DNA of 64,000 bases, from the NCBI GenBank assembly GCA_951406725.2, contig OX597828.1, forward strand, positions 44,020,001-44,084,000, written 5' to 3'. Source of the DNA: Octopus vulgaris (taxonomy: Eukaryota). Below are positions 57,884-64,000 of the stretch, piece after piece; within the stretch, counting starts at the first letter, position 1, and the number at the start of each line of letters is the position of its first letter. The translations under genes were made by a program, and so were the position numbers. The notes below the pieces were generated by a model. That model was not told where the DNA came from and ran no database searches. It saw only the letters and a program-made list of their open reading frames with translations.

Positions 57884-58709
57884 TAGATAGATAGATATAT
57901 GTATGTATATATATATATACATATGTACATACATATATATATATATATATATACATATGTATATATATATATATGTGCTTATAAATATATATATTATATT
58001 ATATATATATATGTATGTATATATATATTCTCATATATATACATACGTATACATAAATACATACAAACATATGAGTATGCACACACTCATTCATACGTAT
58101 AGTTACATGAATATATGCTTATATACATGCACACACACACACATTATATATATATATATATGTAAATATATATGCGTATATATATGCATATATATATGTA
58201 TATCTATATATATATACGCACGTATATGAGTGTGTATATATATATATATGTATGTATATATATTGGATAAAGAGAAAGGTAGAAAGAGAAGGAGAGTTAG
58301 ATTGAGAAAGAAAGAGAGGAAAGCGAAAGTGAAAGTGGAAGGGAGAGAGAGAGAGGTAGATGGGGAGAAGAAAGAGCACAACGTTGAATGATAGAGGCTG
58401 TAAAGTTAGCGTCTTCATCTCCAGTGATTCTTCGCCTTACAACATGAATAGTTTATAATGCGCTTTTATGGTAAGCGTTGCGTTAAATCATGTGAAGAAG
58501 TAATTTGTGGAAAGCGGAGGGAATTGAGGCGATGCCATGGCGCGCTGGTTGTGCGGACGGGGGTGTTGGTGGAACACAATAAATCAAAAATGTCTAGCGG
58601 GAAAATTGGAGCAAGCCACTGAGCAATCCATACATAGATGTATTAGTACAGAGATAAGTATACGCATCTACATGCAGACGTAGGTATGCATATATATATA
58701 TATATATTA

Positions 58710-58776
<67 letters not shown>

Positions 58777-58830
58777 ATATATATACACACATATATATAT
58801 ACACAAATACATATATACATACATATATAC

Positions 58831-58902
<72 letters not shown>

Positions 58903-59109
58903 GTGTGTATGTATATATTGATACATAGGCGTACACATACCTACATAATGCACACACAGACACGCGCACATACACATGTATATTACATATATATACATGA
59001 TCACACGTGTCTTTATTTTAAAGTGATTGTATCTCTCTCTTTCTCTCTCTCTCTCTCTCTGTCTCTTCATTTCTGTGTCTCACTGTCTCTCTCTGTCTCT
59101 CCCTTTTTG

Positions 59110-59154
<45 letters not shown>

Positions 59155-59339
59155 TAAGTATATGTGTTATTAATGTACTGGAATATAAGTAAGGAAAGAC
59201 AAGCGAGAGATTCAGAGAGAGACAGAGAGAGAGACAAAGTGAGTGAGAAAGTGGTGTTATGGGTGATGGTGTGAGGTATTATGGTAGGTTTGAAGAGTTA
59301 TCAGTCGTCTATGTGTGATTGATCTTTCAACAGTAAGAG

Positions 59340-59581
59340 AAGTGGCAGCAACAGCAGCAGCAATAGTAGTAGTATTAGTAGTAGTAGTAGTAGTAGTAGT
59401 AGTAATAGTAGTAGTGGTAGTAGTAGTAGTAGCAGCAGCAGCAGCAGCGATTACAGGAGTGTCCTCATCAGCACCATCACCAGAACCGAAAACATCAAAT
59501 GCAGACATATTTGCAACATTTATGTGGACAACAGTTACAAGGAAACCAGTATAAAATACTACTACTACTACTACAACCACT

Positions 59582-59643
<62 letters not shown>

Positions 59644-59748
59644 GACGACGACGACGACGAAGACGACAAAGACGACGACGACTACTAGTACTACCACCAC
59701 CACCACTGCTACTACTACTACTACTACTACTACTACAACCACTACCAC

Positions 59749-59794
<46 letters not shown>

Positions 59795-59865
59795 GACGAC
59801 GACGACGACGACGACGAAGACGACAAAGACGACGACGACTACTAGTACTACCACCACCACCACTG

Positions 59866-59913
<48 letters not shown>

Positions 59914-60075
59914 TCACCATCACTACCACCACTATCACTACTATGACTGCTACTGCAGCTGCCGTTGCTACGGACAATACTACCATCATCACTAGCAACA
60001 CCACTGACACTACCTCCACTACCACCACTTGCAACTCTATTACTACCACTACTACTACTACTATTACTACTATTG

Positions 60076-60108
<33 letters not shown>

Positions 60109-60275
60109 TTACTACCATCATCACTACCACCACTGCGACTGCTGCTGTTGTATCGCCGCTTCCCCTAATATAGATATCATCATCACAACCACCACCACTT
60201 CTACTACTACTACTACCGCCACCATCAGCACTACTACTACTAATACTCTTAATTGTATTACACCTGCTGCTGCTG

Positions 60276-60323
<48 letters not shown>

Positions 60324-60325
60324 TT
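59340..60325. repeat. (TAG)n then (CTA/CGA/CCA)n mosaic with an internal ~156 bp duplication
   Basis: acgaagacgacaaagacgacgacgactactagtactaccaccacc occurs at ~59656 and ~59812. Confidence 0.9.
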
Positions 60326-60963
60326 GGTCACGTTGCTGCCAATGTCCAAAATCTGTCGGGAGAATGGTTGCATTAACGGTTCTTTCCAAATGCATAAAGC
60401 TATTTATATTGTCAACTAAATATATGATTGCGTAAATATTATACACACTGCGTAAATTTGCATGTGTAAACACATGTACATCATGCCCTCAGCTATCATC
60501 CACGCACACTTGCACATAGACACACACACTCATGCTTACACACACACACATTCATGTCCACACTCACACACTCACACACTCACACACACATATATATGGT
60601 TGTTAGAGCTAACGAGCAAGGTAGAACTTGTTACATAAGAACATAAACGTCTTTTTTTATTGTACATTATCTGGAGCAAGCTGCAAACATGTCTCAAGGG
60701 CCGAGAGTTTCGTGTATGACATTTCAAATAAGGGACGTCGGATCAAGGAAATGAAGTGTGATAATTACCTATGCGCGATAACCGAGTCCTCGTGTCACTT
60801 TAGCAACTTTATTCTGATTAGAAAATATATACATGTATGTGCATGTATTTGCACGGACGTATGTATGCTTGTCTGTATGTAAGTATGCATATATACATGT
60901 ATGTATATGTGTGTCTCTGCGTGTGTGTGGGTGAGTGTGCGTGGATGTATATGCACGTCCCTG

Positions 60964-60997
<34 letters not shown>

Positions 60998-61039
60998 ATA
61001 TAAATATATGCATATATACATACATATATGTACAATATG

Positions 61040-61368
61040 TGAGGGCGCGTGGCTTAGTGGTTAGGGCATTCGGCTCATGATCGTAAGGTTGTGAGTTCGA
61101 TTCCCGGCGACGCGTTGTGTCCTTGAGCAAGACACTTTATTTCACGTTGCTCCAGTCCACTCAGCTGGCAAAAATGAGTTGTACTTGTATTTCAAAGGGT
61201 CAGCCTTATCACTCTCTGTGTCACGCTGATTATCCCCGAGAACTACGTTAAGGGTACACGTGTCTGTGGAATGCTCAGCCATCTGCACGTTAATTTCACG
61301 AGCAAGCTGTTCCGTTGATCGTATCAGCTGGGACCCTCGTCGTCGTAACCGGCGGAGTCTTTTTTTTT
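61040..61368 (+). mobile_element. SINE family C (tRNA head plus CORE-like domain), full length
   Basis: A box tggcttagtgg, B box gagttcgattccc, gtgtccttgagcaagacacttt core. 13 bp TSD tatgtacaatatg at 61027-61039 and 61369-61381. Confidence 0.9.
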
Positions 61369-61381
61369 TATGTACAATATG

Positions 61382-61625
61382 CCAAGCGTAGATTGGCATC
61401 TTTCGGTCATATTATGCGGAGAGAATCCCTGGAGAAGGACATCATGCTCGGAATGGTCAGTGGCAAGAGAGGAAGAGGCCGATCAAGAACCCGCTGGCTT
61501 GACACCATCAGGAGTGATACCGGAATGGACATGGTCAGTCTGAAGGAAACGGCCCAGGATAGAACTGACTGGAGGACACTGATCCATCGAGTGACCGAGA
61601 GTCGACTTCGACTGAGCGGATATAG
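61382..61625 (+). mobile_element. RTE-clade LINE 3' end
   Basis: KRRLASFGHIMRRESLEKDIMLGMVSGKRGRGRSRTRWLDTIR..AQDRTDWRTLIHRVTESRLRL, the BovB/RTE-type C-terminus. Confidence 0.9.
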
Positions 61626-62091
61626 AGATATGTACATACCAACATATATATGTATATATACATGCATATAAGGGTACAAGACATAAAAAAAAAATGTAGA
61701 CAAAATGGGAAACGAGAACATAAAAAGCAGTCTACGTTTTTTGATGTCTTGTACTCATATATGCATGTACATATACTTATATATGTAGGTATGTATTATT
61801 TATATTATTATATGATCGAACTCCACGCATCCTTTTCGAAAAAGTTATATATATATATATATATATATATATAAGCAATAACAAATCTCTGAACGAGGTA
61901 TAAACAGTAACTGCACGACAATGTGAGGTATATTTTCCATCTCAAATATGGCTAACCACTAAGGGTGGATGTTACTGTAGCTTGTAGCCCCAGGAGAACA
62001 TCTCCTCCAGCTGGCTATAGTCACACTTTCTGTGCCCTATCGGTATTTGCAAAGGAAGGCCATCCTTCCATCGTATATATATATATATATA

Positions 62092-62299
62092 TACGATTGG
62101 GTACCAATAAGTTACTGGCTTTGGGTAAAAGAAAATAGAGGAGGGTCCGCTAAATATGGTTTTATTCAACTATCCCCTCTCAGATTTGCACACTTACTGC
62201 ATCAGTCCTTTGGTGTTTCTTTAAACTAGGATGGTTTGGCCTCCAACCAGAACTTTCGCGACACTCTCAAAGACAGTAACTTCCAAGCACCATCTGGTA
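62092..62299. mobile_element. Mariner-type MITE, diverged
   Basis: Homologous to 23571-23793 (ctggctttgggtaaaa..cccctctcagatt..ggcctc), with TA flanks. Confidence 0.65.
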
Positions 62300-62314
62300 T
62301 ATGCGCGTAGTGGT

Positions 62315-62627
62315 CGCACGTAGCTTAGTGTTTAGTGTTGTCGGCTCACGATTGTAGGGTCGATTCCTGGTAGTGCGTTATGGCCTTCATCAAGACACTT
62401 CATCTCGCATTGCTCCAGTCCACTCAGTTGTCAAAAATAAGTTGTACCTGTGATTCAAAGGACCAGCTTTGTCATATTTTGAGTCACGCTAAGTCTCCCA
62501 GAGAACTGCATTAAGGGTACACATGTCTAGCGGTATACTCAACCACTTGCACGTTAATTTCTCGAACAGACACATCCTATGATCGGATCACCTGCAACAC
62601 TCGTCGTTGTAACCGACGGAGTACCAG
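62315..62627 (+). mobile_element. SINE family C, diverged
   Basis: Aligns with 61040-61368. Confidence 0.85.
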
Positions 62628-62876
62628 TTTGCTCTCTCTCTCTCCTTCCCTCTCTCTCTCCTTCCCTCTCTCTCTCCCTCTCCCCCTCTCTCTCTGCATA
62701 GGCCCAGGCGCGGTTATTTCGTTCATTTCCCGAAGGATGCATGCTTTACATCTTAGAAAGGGGCTTTGGGGAGAAGAAAATAATGGTGAAATATAGTGAG
62801 GGTATCAACATGAACGGTACGAGATAAATGCACATACTAGGCTTCGTGGCAGGCAGTGAGTAAGAAACACCACTTA

Positions 62877-64000
62877 CGAGGGGCGTTCAATAAGTAATGC
62901 CCCTGACCCACTTCCCATAGCAGTAGAGCAACGAAACTTGGTACAGTTATTAGTCTTTTTCTACATAGGAACCACCCAGAGTTACGCATTTCTCCCATCG
63001 TTTGATGCGACTCTGGAGACCGTTTTTGTAGAAGAAACCAGCTTGGTCCTCCAACCTCAACGTGACTTCAGAAATCAAGGCTGCATCATCTGGGAAACGC
63101 TTTCCTTTCAAAAACAACTTCATGATTGGGAAGAGGTGAAAATCAGAGGGTGCAAGGTCAGGAAAGTAGGGGGATGGGGAGGAGTTCATAGCCATACGCC
63201 TGTGCTTCTGATCTGGCGACAAGCGAGTTGTGGACCGGAGCGTTGTCCTGCAGGAGGAGGATGCCTTTACTGATCTTGCCCCGCCTCTTGATTTTGATAA
63301 CTTCTCTTAATTTCCTCAAAAGTGAAGCATAATAGGCTCCTGCAATTGTGGTACCCTTTGCCAGGAAATCTGTCATCACTACTTCGTCCTGGTCCCAGAA
63401 GACTGTGAGCATGACCTTGCCAGCGGAGGGCTGCACCCTTGCCTTCTTTGGAGGGGGTGAGTCACGGTGCTTCCACTGCATTGACTGGGCTTTGGTCTCT
63501 GGATCATCGTGATGGACCCAGGTTTCATCCTGTGTAATCAGTCTTTTGAAAAATTTTGACTCATCTTCTTGGCACATCTCCAAATTCACCCTCGAGCACT
63601 CGAAGCGTTCTTGCTTCTGGAAAGGCGTGAGCAACCTGGGAATCCATCTGGCAGACACCTTTTGCATATGCAAATGGTCGTAAATGATAGTTTCCACAGA
63701 CCCGGTACTAATCTTGAACTCATGGGCTATTTGGCGAATATTTATGCGTCGATCTTCCAGAATGGCAGCCTCAACTTGACGGACAGATGCCTCATCAATG
63801 GCAGAAGGGGGCGACCAGATCTGGGAGCTGTTTCCACAGAGTTCCGACCATGTTTGAATTCACGATGCCAGCGTTTTACAAGGTCATATGATGGGGCATC
63901 ATCACCATAAGTTACTTTCATTTCATCAAAAGTCTCCCGTGGTGTGCGTCCTTTCAAATACAAAAACCGGATCACTGCTCGACACTCAACAGGCTCCATT
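62877..64000 (-). mobile_element. DD34D mariner transposon, full-length transposase broken by frameshifts; 5' TIR outside window
   Basis: ORF pieces 63742-63999 (HTH, PRSGRP), 63158-63697 (WIPRLL, ITQDETW, LQDNAPVH) and 62950-63222 (YFPDLAPSDFHLF). TIR cgaggggcgttcaataagtaatgc after TA at 62875-62876. Confidence 0.95.

Noticed and set aside
62950-63999. SETMAR host gene
   Set aside because: No SET domain; the transposase is frameshifted and bounded by a TIR and TA, so it is a free mariner copy.

Overview
Repeat-saturated, non-coding eukaryotic DNA. It is most likely an octopus (coleoid cephalopod) intron or intergenic region, inferred from the SINE families and the density of (TA)n, (TAA)n, (CAT)n, (GATA)n and (GAA)n microsatellites. 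No intact host gene is supportable, and nearly all long ORFs in the track are translations of simple repeats. The window holds: (i) many copies of several tRNA-derived SINE families, including two 5-unit tandem arrays each bounded by one target-site duplication; (ii) 3' fragments of at least three divergent Dong/R4-like RLE non-LTR retrotransposons, plus a fixed-length ~555 bp element, sitting in (TAA)n tracts; (iii) Penelope-like element (PLE) debris (RT, endonuclease C-terminus, fold-back ends) carrying hammerhead ribozyme motifs; (iv) Tc1/mariner-superfamily relics (DD34D mariner, DD37D maT, pogo-like, MITEs), a Helitron 3' end and an RTE LINE 3' end; (v) two local tandem duplications and a 100-N gap. 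The most interesting signals are a tRNA-headed SINE-like element with a hammerhead-bearing PLE-type tail (28.5-29.2 kb) and a ~420 bp palindrome with a hammerhead on each strand (27.3-27.7 kb). All assignments were made by eye; no database searches were run.
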